From: Haliotis cracherodii
Taxonomy: Eukaryota
Direction: 5' to 3'
Length of the DNA stretch: 64,000 bases
Assembly: GCF_022045235.1 (NCBI RefSeq)
Contig: NW_027266341.1
Span: 39,618,001-39,682,000, forward strand
A program made the position numbers and the translations under genes. The notes under the pieces were generated by a model, which saw only the letters and a list, made by a program, of their open reading frames with translations, ran no database searches and was not told the origin of the DNA. This document shows positions 29,901 through 39,899 of this stretch, piece after piece (position 1 is the stretch's first letter; each line of letters opens with the position of its first letter).

Positions 29901-32900
29901 ACGAAAAACTCGCCTTATACACAGCAATACATGGTACTGGGCTTAATGTTAAATGCGTTTAAACATTTTCTGAGAATGTGGGCTCTTTCGAGCTTTTTGG
30001 TATCTCATTACCTTGACCTTGAACTTTGCATGTGCCAATAGAATTCCATGGGGCAATTTGGAAGAACATGTAGGAACAAGCATGAAATACATATACCCCT
30101 ACCAATGGTATGTTCTATAGAGTGCAACACTCTTACCCCTCCCTGACCATTAAAGCTGCCTGGGACGTGTTGTAAAATTCATAACACTGAATCAAAAACT
30201 GATTAATATGCTGACAGGTACCTTCATCCATCTCTGTGGAGTGGTGTTTAACATCACGTTCAAAGACTACTGCACTTACATAGCAATATGTATGTATGTG
30301 GCAGCTTGTACTAGTCAAGACTTATGACTAGTTTTATAGTGCTATTCCACCAAGATGCCATGCTGCAGATTAACATGGATACCCCACTCAAGCACAGTAT
30401 ACTGACTCCAAACAGACCAGTCTTCGTCTTTTCAATGCGGAGCATCAAGTAAAGGTAACAACAAGTACCATTTTTTAATATCTTCTGGTATGAGTCAGTG
30501 AGTTTGGTTTTACGCCCATCAATATCACGGCAGGGGGGGGGCACCAGAAATGGGCTTCACACACTTTTGGTATGACCCAGCCAGGATAAAAGCTCTGTCC
30601 GCTAGGAGGCGATATTTGATGGTGTAAAAAAAAAATAGATAAGATAGTAACTTCTAAAAACAGTTGTTGACCACTTGATTGATAAATGAGGTAATAAAAA
30701 TGCTTCATGACCTTTGCTCTGGAAATGAACTCTAGTTTGCTTGGAATTTGTTGTCATGGAAACCAGATATAATACAATTTTTTATAAATTCCTACGCAGC
30801 AAAAGGCACCATTTCATGGCTAGACTGGTATCTGTGCAAAACATATAAAAAATATTGAGTGATCTTTGAGTTATGTTCTGGAAACAAACCACATCTTGCC
30901 CTTCTTTAAACTTAACATTATTGTCAGGAAAACAAAACAGAAAATTCATTAAATTCCTCAATTACAAAAGGATCCTTTTGATGGTTGGACTGACATCTGT
31001 GCAAAGTTTTGATAAAAAAAATATTGAATGGTCTAATCATGCTAATAACTTTGAAAACTTGATACAATAAATGTCCTACTCCATCAACTATTAAATGAAA
31101 ATTCTTCTATACCATTACCAAATTTGAAAATTATCTCAATGACAATTCGTCAATATTCTAGAATATGAACCGATCTGACACCCTGTTTACATGGCCATTA
31201 ATTAGATTAGGTCAAACATACCCGGTAAGTATTAACAATTTCTCTCTTTTGGATACTCATATCTATGGCAAGATAACCAAGTGATACCAATAATAGGACT
31301 GATATACAACTGCCCTCTTCAAAATTAATATAGACTTTCTGATCAATTTAAGTACCAGTAACCTTCTGCTTCATCAACAAACCAGTGTAAGATATATACA
31401 AGATCCATACAAGATTATAGATGAAAAGCATTCCAACCAGGGAGTCATACTGATCTTTGATACCGATGAGCTACAGTTGATGCGAAGATGCTGACAAGCA
31501 ATACATGCCATATATTAATTATCTTGAATAAAAATATACACATTACAATTCAAAATAAATAGAAACACTGAAAACTTTCTGCGAACACAATATGAGGCAA
31601 AATAAATTTGCCTGTCGGCCAAGTGTAGACAATTTTTTTGAATTAACAGTCAGGAATGATCTGCAGTCAGGAAGAACAATAATTATCATCTCGAGCACTG
31701 CGACACACCTATTATCTTCTGGAGATATCAAATGTCTGTATAATATTAAGAGCCTTCATAGAGGGCCAAACTGTATGAATGTGGGAGCTTGCTATGACAT
31801 TCATACAATAATTGGCCCTCACTCTTTGAAGGTTCATACTCTAATAAACTCAAAAAGTGAAAGTCAATACAATATTTTTTTATATCAATATTTTTTACCT
31901 CAAAGGTTTGAGTGCTGGGTCATTAACAATCATATTCAAAGTGTGTTTACACTGACAGCAATACAACAACCAGCTGTATCTGGGAATAAAATAGTTCCTC
32001 AAAAAGTGGGGTGAGTGTATGTATGCTCAACTTGCTTTACAGGGACATCTGTTTTAGTATGTTTACAACAAATGCATTCAAATAATTTCACCACTGTATG
32101 AGTGAGTGTGTGAGTTGGGTTTTACACCGCTTTTAACAGTACCCGGTATTCCAGTTATATCACGGCGTGTCAGCTTAATGTGGGAGAAAAGCCCGAAGTG
32201 ATGCAGGTCTCAGACCCACGTAAAACCCACGAGCACGGGTATGGTGCTGACAAACCTAGAAACATAATCACCACTGCATGAGAAATGTCTGTTATGAACA
32301 AACTCAGTAAGTCAGTAAAAATGACAGCATGTCATAATAAATTTACATCAATTACAAGACCTCAAAATGGCTGATACGATAAAAGTGACACGAGGGATTT
32401 CTAAAGTTCTTAATGAACCTGTGGCGGTTACATGTGTTGGTCGCCATTGATCAGTTGGCCGATCATTGAAAGGTGACTATTAAGATGTGTCAAATAGATA
32501 CTTAGGTAAATTCAGGGCTTGCTGTAGATTGTCACTGTCCAGCCCAGACACGGATAAGTCGATACTACAATAGTTTTATTATGCATATCTTCGTTTTTGT
32601 TCACAAAGATGGGTCGTAGCAGGCATATTTGTGAACGGGCATGCAGTCAAACTCTCTGATGTTTTGGAATGTATGCTAAAATGTAGAGTTCAAGCCTAAA
32701 GGGTCTACATGATCAGAAATAACGCTTCTCTATGTATTCGTGCTAGGGAAGACCGAGGGGTTCCCCAAGGAATGTGTTAGTAGTAATAAGTGTTAGCGTC
32801 ATTTCCTGTAAAAAATAGTAGGAACGTTAACTTGTGTCTTTCATTCACTAATGAACGTTGATTTCAAGGTCCTATGACTAACCTCTCGGAAATGGAAAAG

Positions 32901-35900
32901 CTGCATATCATGTAAACTTCACATTAAAATGTTTTTAATGTTAACCCCTACTTAACATCAAGAAATTCTGTAAAACAGTAATAGTTTCTGCTTAAAGGCT
33001 GCCCAAACAAATTGAGCATTTGCCTCTCACAAATTAACACAGGTCTGTAGCTCCGTTAGGAGCGAGCAAGTGAGTAAAAATTTAAAGTACATCAGCAATA
33101 TTGTGACGAGTACAATTTATACATGAATAATAAATACATTCAGACAACATTAAAACCTGTCACAAAATACAGTAAAACAACTGGTGTATCACAGAGTTAT
33201 ATTAAAACTAGCATATTACCATAAACAAATATAAACAACAATACAAATTACAATATAAAAACAGGCTATAGATCACTAGCAATCAAAGTCTGGCCACCAT
33301 ACCAGGGACAATTGGGGCTTACTGTACCTCTGCTTTCTGCATGGTACTCCAGCAGGATTTACACCTGTCACTGGTGATTATGGACATGGTTCAGCCAGAG
33401 ATAAACAAACAAATAAAGCACTGGTAGACTCAGTAGACCCCTCACCCCTTCAGAGCATAGAACTTGTTATGTTTGTAAGAAAGTGGAAACAGAAGTTCAT
33501 TTCCTTTGAGAGAGTAATTTTCATAAGGACCTAAGGAAAAACATTAGCTTATCTTGTTACAATTCTACAGAACCTTAAGATCTATTCATTAAATTGTTAT
33601 CTGAAAATAATCCTTAGCGCATCCATGTTTTGCTTCGACCATAAGAAACATGTTTTTTACACAACAACTTCTCACATGATACTTGCATTGTTTATTTTAT
33701 AACGATTGTATCATAGTAAATAGCATTTTATAGTACATAACATAATAAATAAGTGGTGTCTCGTAAGCGAAGATATGGCTCGATATTAAGACCCGTGAAG
33801 AATCCGGGGTAGAATAGGTCTTCAGCAACCCATGCTTGCCGTAAAAGGCGACTATGCTTGTCGTAAAAGGCGATTAACGGGATCGGGTGGTCAGGCTCGC
33901 TGACTTGGTTGATGCATGTGATCGATTCCAATTGCGTGGATTGATGCTCATGATATTAATCACTGGATTGTCTGGTCCAGACTCGATTATTTACAGACCG
34001 CCGTCATATAGCTGGAATATTGCTGAGTGCGGCGTTAAACAACAAACCAACCAACCAATCTTTTACTGTGCTATGAAATGTGTTAGCTATGTGAATAAAA
34101 CTTGTGACACTTTCATAAACTATGTCAGTCTGTCTGTCAGTCAGTCATAAAAAGACTTTGAATGATGTGGGCTTACTTACCCTAGCCGGGGGAAAAGGAC
34201 CCTGAATACAAGCAGATATATGCTCAACACTCTTCAAATGTACACCCCAACAATCCCAAAAAGTCTATTATATGAGAGTAAGATAACAGTGGAACAGTGA
34301 AAAGCTTTTAACTTTAATATAGTCTAAGTCAATGATTATTCTTTAGATTCATGTCATGAATTACATGTATTATGACGACTGTAAAACAACCTGTGATTTG
34401 GACCTTTGATGGAGGTAAACAAAACTCCTACCAGGAGTGCATACACATTACTAATGGTAAAACATCGTATGATAAAGACTCAAGTGACTGCGGTGACAAA
34501 CTACTGAAACATATTTCATTATCAAACCTTCACCTGTCAGACAATTAAACACGAAAACAATTCCAACTGCAAAGACAGAAGGAGTATCAACACTGTCAAT
34601 ACTTTCTGAATCAAGTTTCAATCTCTAAACTAATGTATTAATACATTTGACATGAGCAGAGCATGTTACAAGTATTAATGAAGGTAATTCATTATCACTG
34701 ACTGAAAATGCTTTGTATTTTCAGGAAGAGTATCACACATATCACAAAGTGATTAGTGTTCAGGGTGATTTGAGGTGTATTAAGAATGAAATCTCCAGCA
34801 GTAGTTAGCAAATGCCAAGACAGAAATCAGCCAAATGAAGTCAAATTTCAACAATCGAGATATGTTTTTCCCTCAAACTGATTATCCTAATCACATCAAA
34901 ATTAAAATACATTAACTTCTACTTAAAATACCACTGATAGTGGCCTGATTTTGTCACAGAAGTTTTACCCACGTTGTATCAATTGAATCTGATGAAATTG
35001 CTATTTCATTAATTCAGAAACAAATGACACACTTTCCAGGAGAAGACCTTTTAATCAGATTACTTTTCTCTCCTCTTCAGTGGTTCAATGGAGGTGAAAA
35101 ACATCAGAATCCAGTAAGATCCTCCTTAAGTAAAGAAAGTCAACAAGCTATGAAGCGCAAGCACCTGAGCCTATTAGATTTAGTTTGAGGTAACAGGTTT
35201 ACAGTAATGCCCCCTCTCCTATCAGAGTGGCAAGAATCAGTGAGAGTCAGAAGGGATTACCCAGTTCACACTGCAACTTCCTCCAGCTCTCCTCACATTT
35301 TACTGATGGATACATGCTACCTTCTCATCAACTTCCAATACATCTTTTTCACCTAAAATGTTTCAATCAACTTGATAAGAAGACATTGTTACAGTGTTAG
35401 AAATTTCTTTACTTTTTTTTCAACATATCTCTCAATTGGTTTGAACCATTCTTGAGACAGGCAGTAATTATATTTGCCTGCAATGTTTCTCAGCTGGCAC
35501 AGAGTGAGGACTCGAGTCACCCTGACCTCCCTGGTGTAGCCCACTGTGGCTGGCGCCTAACCTCAGATGGCAATAATTCGCCACTTTCTACATTCTCAAC
35601 ATGCTCTTGTTCATGTAAACATTACTTTGCCATTTCTGTCATTAGAATAACTATTTCACATAGGCAACTTTGGATGACATATAGCGGCAAAATAAAAACA
35701 AAAGACCTGTATTGCTCACCTGGATATTAACACAATCATGACAAAATATACATTTGCATTGTACATACCATATTCGAGCCATTAAGCCCCCCTCTCCCAA
35801 TAAGCGCCGCCCGAGGTTTCCGGATATTTGAAGTCCGTATAAGCGTGGCATGACTGTATTCTGTATATTTTAGATATTTGTGACTTTGAATATTCTGCGC

Positions 35901-38327
35901 AGAAAAAAATTACACCGTACCCCTTCAGCGAAGTCCGGCAAACGAACGGGTGATGAGAAACTTGGACAGTACAAATTCAAAATTTGAGATAAAAAAATCT
36001 TCAGACATGTCGATTTACCGTTTAAATTGTATTTTTTGTTCAGCTAGGCATTGCTTTATATCCAGGGATTAAGATTACCGTGTGCATTTTCTCGTAAACT
36101 AAGCCGGACACAGCAATCAGCTGTACACACGTTTTCTTGGAATCTACCGGTGATTCGATCAAGACACACCCAATGATATAACTTTACAGGATTTTAAATG
36201 CAAGGATCGTCAAAAGTTGTATCTGAGACTATTTTTTTATCAGGAATAATATATTCCAATATCTTGTTAATTTAGATGCAGCTTTTACTAAACATATTTA
36301 AAATAATAATAACCCTAAGCGAAGTAGCTGATCGCTATTCCCGGGGATTATTTTTACATGGAACCAATCTGACCAGTCACCGTCAAATCACGAGAATTAC
36401 GCGTTGACATAGAATTGTCAAACAAAAACAAATATGACTTTCAGCGAATCAAAGTATGGCATTTATGATATATGTATCCATTCTCTGTCAACTAAAGTTT
36501 GTTTCAAGGCGTCAACAGCGGTAATCTAAGCGTGGTTGCTGTTAATAACGGTGAGTTGTGCGATCTTCCGATCGCTTCACATACAATTTCGCCGAAATTG
36601 ATTAAAACAATATTAAAAGGATTTTGAATAAAATTAATGAAATAAGTTACAAACAAGTCCAGATATACAAAGAACACTTTTTATAGCCAGACATTGTAAT
36701 TACATGAATAATTTGCGAACTTCAGTATTCCAGTGTTACGTGCTCACAGTAATGTCTTTCCATGGGGGAAAAAACATCAAAACTCATTAATTCCTGTATA
36801 ACGCGCACCCCCTTCTACACAGCTGTGTTTTTTTGGAAAAAAAAGTGTGCACTATTCACAAGAAAATACGGAAAGGCTTACTGATGAATTTACGCCAATT
36901 TGACTCCCAAATTGGGATCAAAGCTTTGTACGTATCAAATTAACCAGAGTGATTGGGGCCAGCACTAAGCAATTCACTTGTTATATGTTTCAAACAGTTT
37001 GTCTCACAATAATTATTCTTTCATGTTCTCAGACTTATTTTTCAGTTTTTATGTACACACCCAACAAAAGCCTGTTTCTTTTTGATGTCACAAGAGAATA
37101 ATGACTGAGTGAGTGCAGTATGGTATCACATCACTTCTGAAAATATTCCAGCCATATTCCAGCAGTGGTCACTGAGCCAACCACCAATGTCAAACGAAGT
37201 CCATTGTTTTGCTGGCATACTGTGATTTGGATAGGAAACTATATGGTTTGCAACATGTTTGGGCATGATGGCCTTTACATAGAGGATATTATATGAGTGT
37301 TCATGTCATACTATGTTTACGACATGAGTGTCAAAATTCCGGTATTTCCCAAGGGAAAGCGAGAGTAATACCAGCATTTAGGCACGAGTGTCGTAAACAT
37401 TACATGAAATGAACATAAATATAAAGTTCCATTTATTAATGAAGAAGATGTCTACATACAGAGATAAGTCGCAACAGCAGCGGAACCACAATTTGTAGAA
37501 CGATGTCAACAATCTTCAGCTCACGTCACAATAAGATTCAAATTATGACAACAATGCCGTCCTGATGACGGAAACAATACACTGTTGTCTTCAGTTTCTT
37601 ATTAAACTCACTTTTGTGATTTAAGTGGATTTGACATACCTTAACAATTCAAAAAGTTTACAAAACGTTTGTATTGAATCGTTAAAAACATTTGCTTGAA
37701 AATAGTGACATAAAGCAAGCAAAATTATTTTTCATCCCTTTTGGTGTGTTCCATAAAATCTACAACTCGAAATATAATTTCAATTGGACATGCATGAGGG
37801 GACACCTGATGACTGATGTACAAACAAGTCAAAGGATCGGGAATATGATGGCTCATTAGCACACTTTCCCCAGTTTGGCAGAGGTAGAATGGAGCTCTCT
37901 GATACTTGACCTCTGTTGTGTTTCTTGACATAACCTGAATTCACATGTACATCATGCGTTGGCACCCGTGACCTTTTATTGGTCAATGTTGCAAATCTTG
38001 CAAAAATTAACGGTTAATAGTCTACTCAGTATTGAACATTTTGACGTTAGGCTCCGAACAGAGTTCATCAGTTGAACATCATATCTCCAACTTAACCATT
38101 TATGTGTCTAATTATGTCTTGATAACATTCTTTCACAGGCAAAGTAATTGACAGTATAACACTGAAACAAGTATAACCATAAACATGGAAACATCTATTA
38201 AATAAACATTCTACTAACCTTGCAAGGTTTGTCAAAGAGTGGCATGGTGGGGCTGTCAGAGGCGGAAGTATTGGCTTTGGTGGCTCTCTCTTTCTGCGCC
38301 AACTCACGGAGACGCTCCTTGTCATGT
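2942..38327 (-). CDS. lilli: AF4/FMR2 family member (lilliputian/AFF4-like SEC scaffold), partial multi-exon CDS: join(38327-38219, 26636-25662, 25222-25175, 24258-24163, 19979-19946, 2999-2942); continues off the left edge
   Basis: Six GT-AG exons with mutually compatible phases (2-0, 0-0, 0-0, 0-0, 0-1, 1-2). The spliced product HDKERLRELAQKER...PLFDKPCK|VQNSNEGDDINQKIRQVLGEF...KLPKLLIQSE|NNAPSSGIEGLHDIFN|EMRSIPAPVSEINTP parallels AFF4 motifs PLFAEPYK..LSSRIQSMLGNY and [31 protein letters not shown] in the same order. Confidence 0.9.
5670..5788 (-). other. tRNA-like Pol III cassette (A and B boxes), probably part of a repeat and not a functional tRNA
   Basis: GGAAGCCTCGGTGGCTGAGTGG...GGTTCGAATCCCGG. 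The 5' and 3' ends do not form an acceptor stem, and the central region is oversized. Confidence 0.6.
5941..6047. mobile_element. ~107-bp palindromic MITE
   Basis: ccacttgcacaaagcgatcttag / ctaagatcgctttgttcaagtgg inverted arms, embedded in cctggtatgagg repeats (5858-6085). Confidence 0.75.
6412..6630 (-). mobile_element. Second tRNA-headed SINE family
   Basis: GGGGGCACGG head, B box GGTTCGATTCC, (ACTC)n tail, 13-bp TSD CATCTATCAGTGA. Confidence 0.9.
7443..7493. repeat. (CACACC)n-type microsatellite
   Basis: Direct reading of the sequence. Confidence 0.9.
8128..8372 (-). mobile_element. Same retroposon family, diverged copy with (CCTCA)-type tail
   Basis: Reverse complement reads accctgggaagacactggttaggattggtcttcagcaacccatgcttgttg...gactaa. 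Confidence 0.75.
8932..9990 (-). pseudogene. DIRS tyrosine recombinase, frameshifted
   Basis: Fragments YDDKWGPFETFC, WDLKVVL, VRALRVFI..SK..R, TISLWLRAVI, PHEIRVLAST, FASHYL. Confidence 0.85.
9853..9914 (-). mobile_element. 62-bp retroposon 3' tail inserted in the DIRS YR gene
   Basis: Perfect 15-bp TSD GTCCTCTGGTAGAGG (9838-9852, 9915-9929) and a (TGAGG)n tail. Confidence 0.85.
9994..11800 (-). pseudogene. DIRS pol: reverse transcriptase, RNase H and methyltransferase-like domains, disrupted
   Basis: ORF fragments 10905..11327, 10401..10823, 10124..10429 and 9994..10230, plus GFYSHIFLVPKK near 11570-11600. Confidence 0.88.
12263..13341 (+). mobile_element. Type-B MITE copy nested in DIRS ORF1
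   Basis: Degenerate TIRs ccatattttcttgagtat / tactcaagaaaatatg. Body collinear with 22840-23851. Confidence 0.85.
13965..14687 (-). mobile_element. Tigger/pogo-type MITE (CAGTG ends) carrying part of the shared core, nested in DIRS ORF1
   Basis: TIRs CAGTGTTCCCTCGCTA / TAGCGAGGGATCACTG with TA on both flanks. ~14120-14590 is the reverse complement of the core. Confidence 0.85.
16200..16425 (+). repeat. Diverged dispersed repeat; further copies at ~21600-21840 and ~22250-22505
   Basis: Shared gaaagctga.atctgat.g.tca.gaacc, gtcaaag, cctca.atc, gtaaaagatt blocks. Confidence 0.55.
17400..17546 (+). mobile_element. Degenerate, deleted copy of the same family
   Basis: ggggttataattggtcttcagcagcccatgc, ctcatgatgtcaatcactg, aaacaacaaacaaac. 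Confidence 0.6.
19946..19979 (-). CDS. lilli: AFF small exon, 34 nt: DVTPPNSDIGK+G
   Basis: ttttctgttacag|GAT...AAA G|gtatgt. Phase 0-1 bridges exactly between the 24163 donor and the 2999 acceptor. Confidence 0.7.
22840..23851 (+). mobile_element. Non-autonomous Tc2/pogo-type element (end type B) with the shared core, 1012 bp
   Basis: TIR CCGTATTTTCTTGAGTATAGTGC(G/A)CAC. TA TSD within a palindromic target, tatgTAcata. Confidence 0.92.
24163..24258 (-). CDS. lilli: AFF exon, 96 nt: EMRSIPAPVSEINTPRKSEEKLSFQIPPKLGK (ELL-binding region homologue)
   Basis: tttgtttggcag|GAA ATG...GGA AAG|gtaaga. Resembles AFF4 [16 protein letters not shown]...KFPFP. Confidence 0.88.
25175..25222 (-). CDS. lilli: AFF exon, 48 nt: NNAPSSGIEGLHDIFN
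   Basis: cttacatcttttcag|AAT...TTC AAT|gtaagt. Phase 0-0. Positionally equivalent to AFF4 ...VDEILK. Confidence 0.85.
25351..25416. repeat. (GTGTGG/GAGTGG)n G-rich microsatellite
   Basis: Direct reading. Multiple GGG runs. Confidence 0.9.
25662..26636 (-). CDS. lilli: AFF large exon, 975 nt (325 aa): DDINQKIRQVLGEF motif, His/Ser/Gly-rich disordered region, KLPKL motif
   Basis: Lies inside ORF 25614..26711. Acceptor ttctctttctttggttgaag|GTC, with an alternative in-frame cag 6 nt downstream. Donor GAG|gtagga. Confidence 0.92.
28319..29462 (+). mobile_element. MITE with type-A-like ends and the shared core
   Basis: Left end ta|ccgtatattgcc..taca aagcgaccc. Right end gccttatacacagcagtatacgg resembles 1131-1155. 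Interior ~28440-29380 matches the core. Confidence 0.8.
29498..29706 (+). mobile_element. Same retroposon family, internally deleted copy
   Basis: acctgtgaagatctggggtagaatag...gtggtcagactcgctgacttggttga...(caaa)n. Confidence 0.8.
29845..29934 (+). mobile_element. Solo right-end fragment of the type-A/core MITE
   Basis: caaactcttcaaac.tgtgtataagacga...aaaactcgccttatacacagc repeats 29374-29462. Confidence 0.7.
30236..30565 (-). mobile_element. Old SINE body (Nin/Deu-domain-like) with an adjacent tRNA-SINE 3' fragment (~30490-30565)
   Basis: Reverse complement has gtcagtatactgtg..gagtgggg and ..gcactataaa blocks. 30490-30565 matches 1471-1556. Confidence 0.5.
30900..31950 (+). mobile_element. 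Possible very old Penelope-like RT relic
   Basis: Only weak cross-frame resemblance to the Penelope RT C-terminus (NFS...Y.YL..., K..NQG). No intact motif. Confidence 0.25.
32103..32267 (-). mobile_element. 5'-truncated copy of the second SINE family
   Basis: Matches 44562-44731. TSD tcaccactg(t/c)atgag. Confidence 0.85.
32415..32950 (+). repeat. Old dispersed repeat, paralogous to 42508-42975
   Basis: Shared gaacctgtggc, cattgaaaggtga, agatgtgtcaaatagatacttaggtaaattca, gatgggtcgtag, taaacttca. Confidence 0.75.
33791..34059 (+). mobile_element. Headless Meta/MESC-domain-like retroposon with (AACC)n tail
   Basis: acccgtgaag..ccggggtagaataggtcttcagcaacccatgcttg.cgtaa.aggcgactaacggg. The 3' end ggaatattgctgagtgcggcgttaaac is shared with the tRNA SINEs. 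The domain name is from memory and unverified. Confidence 0.8.
34181..34201 (-). CDS. Candidate 21-nt AFF microexon, GPFPPAR
   Basis: atatctgcttgtattcag|GGT CCT TTT CCC CCG GCT AGG|gtaagtaag. Consensus donor, phase 0-0 inside a phase-0 intron, no stop codon. Confidence 0.5.
35768..36871 (+). mobile_element. MITE with the shared core, a type-B right end and a different left end
   Basis: Left end ta|ccatattcgagccattaagcccc. Right end gtgtgcactattcacaagaaaatacgg. Core ~35897-36790. Confidence 0.8.
37286..37436. repeat. Second ~150-bp hairpin of the same architecture
   Basis: tgttcat.tcat..atgtttacgaca.gagtg / cacgagtgtcgtaaacat..catgaaatgaaca, centre gggaaagcgag. Confidence 0.55.
38219..38327 (-). 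CDS. lilli: AFF exon, 109 nt: N-terminal helix plus PLFDKPCK motif (first half of the P-TEFb/cyclin T-binding segment)
   Basis: tttatgcttccag|A CAT GAC AAG GAG CGT...CTC TTT GAC AAA CCT TGC AAG|gttagt. The ORF track shows only another frame here. Confidence 0.88.
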
Positions 38328-39129
38328 CTGGAAGCATAAATACACATAATGTTACTCTGCAACTATATTTTGGCCCAAGACATGGTAATACACACTTTAG
38401 CATCAAAACTATGATAAAATTACACAAAATAGCATCCAATAACTGTCTGAACTGCAAACAAGTCATAAGAGTGATTACTGTTCTTCAGACAACTTTTCCT
38501 CAATGCCAGTGTTTATGGCTGGTGCTTTCATTACTCTGTGACAACAAAGGGTGTATCAGCAAATACAGAGGAGTTTGAACACCTCTCTCAACACTTAGGC
38601 CTCATATGGAGGCTATAAAAATAGTGGTAAATTCAACAAAATATAATCTGGTTTTAAGGGTAATAGAAAATTGCTCTTCAAGTGGTTTTCTTGTGTGGAA
38701 ATATCTCATTGCTACTAAAAACATAGCATCTTTTCCAAACGACTACAGTCACTACTCTAATGTTCAGGCACCATCAACTAACACTGTCATTTTGGGCGCA
38801 TGTGATCAAATCTGTGTATTCACCATGAACATGATGAATATGAGTTCTACTAGCCTACAAACAAGCCAACAAACATTCAAGCTCACTTATGCTGTGCTGT
38901 GTATGCTGAAAAGGTATCAGCTACCTGATTGAGACCCAAAGTAGAAAGTACCAAATTACAAAGATTTTGAAAGTTGACAAGGGCGTTTATCTTAAAAACT
39001 AGCTAATACCCATTGATTCTCCAAATATCATGCAGGGGTAATCATCTGTTTTCGAACTACGTGTATTACATAACAAAATTGCTTAAAACATTATTTTTGT
39101 GGCAACAGCCTCCAAATGTCTATTTTTCA

Positions 39130-39840
39130 AGCAGATCTAACTAAAAATGAACAAATAATCCATAGCCATATTGGCTGTCTGAAGAAGGTCATGAATCTAT
39201 GTAACTCCGATGTGTTACTGCAGTAGCAACATGAACATGTTGATCTCACAACATTCCATCGTTTTGTTGGCCACCATATCAGCATTTTGTTTTTGAGGAC
39301 AGCAACACAATCCTGTGCAGGATCAGGCTGCGTCTTGTATCCACCTCCCCACAACAGCATGTAACTATTTGCACTGCAAACAGCTGACGAAGACTGAAGG
39401 AAAGGCAGCAATGAGGCAGCTTAGCAGACTGAGAATATGTTGCACTAGTGTACCTGCCTCTTGGAATTCCCCACATTTCCAGAACAATACGCATGCCAAC
39501 ATGTTGAAACACCCACCTCCTTCTGTATCTCATACCCTAACGGCCTAACCTCAATTCTAGGAAAGAGAAGGTTACAAAATAAAGTACCTTGATGAATATT
39601 GCTTAAGGACATGACAACAGTCAACAGACATCTAATTTTGCAACCTTAGCAAATACATTAGACAACACAGTTCACCATGACATAGTCTGATGGTAAGTAA
39701 ACATGTTTAATAATAACTAGAAATATTCACCTCATCTGATAACAAAAGACAGTGGACTACAACCAATAAAGTAATAATATCAACTTTCCTCAATATCAGT
39801 GCATATAATGAATGCGCATATTCAGTTTTTGGTAATATAT
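39130..39840 (-). mobile_element. Highly decayed Tc1-like fragment, opposite orientation
   Basis: Weak Tc1-like residues across frames (RYTSAT, PA..CVAV....LIW...RW). A Tc1-like terminus lies near 39810-39840. Confidence 0.35.
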
Positions 39841-39899
39841 GCCAAAATGGCCACAGAATTAATTCATTTGTTCTGTGTATTTAGGCATACGTCAACAAT

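Noticed and set aside
38092-38466. 124-aa ORF
   Set aside because: It overlaps the real AFF exon in the wrong frame.
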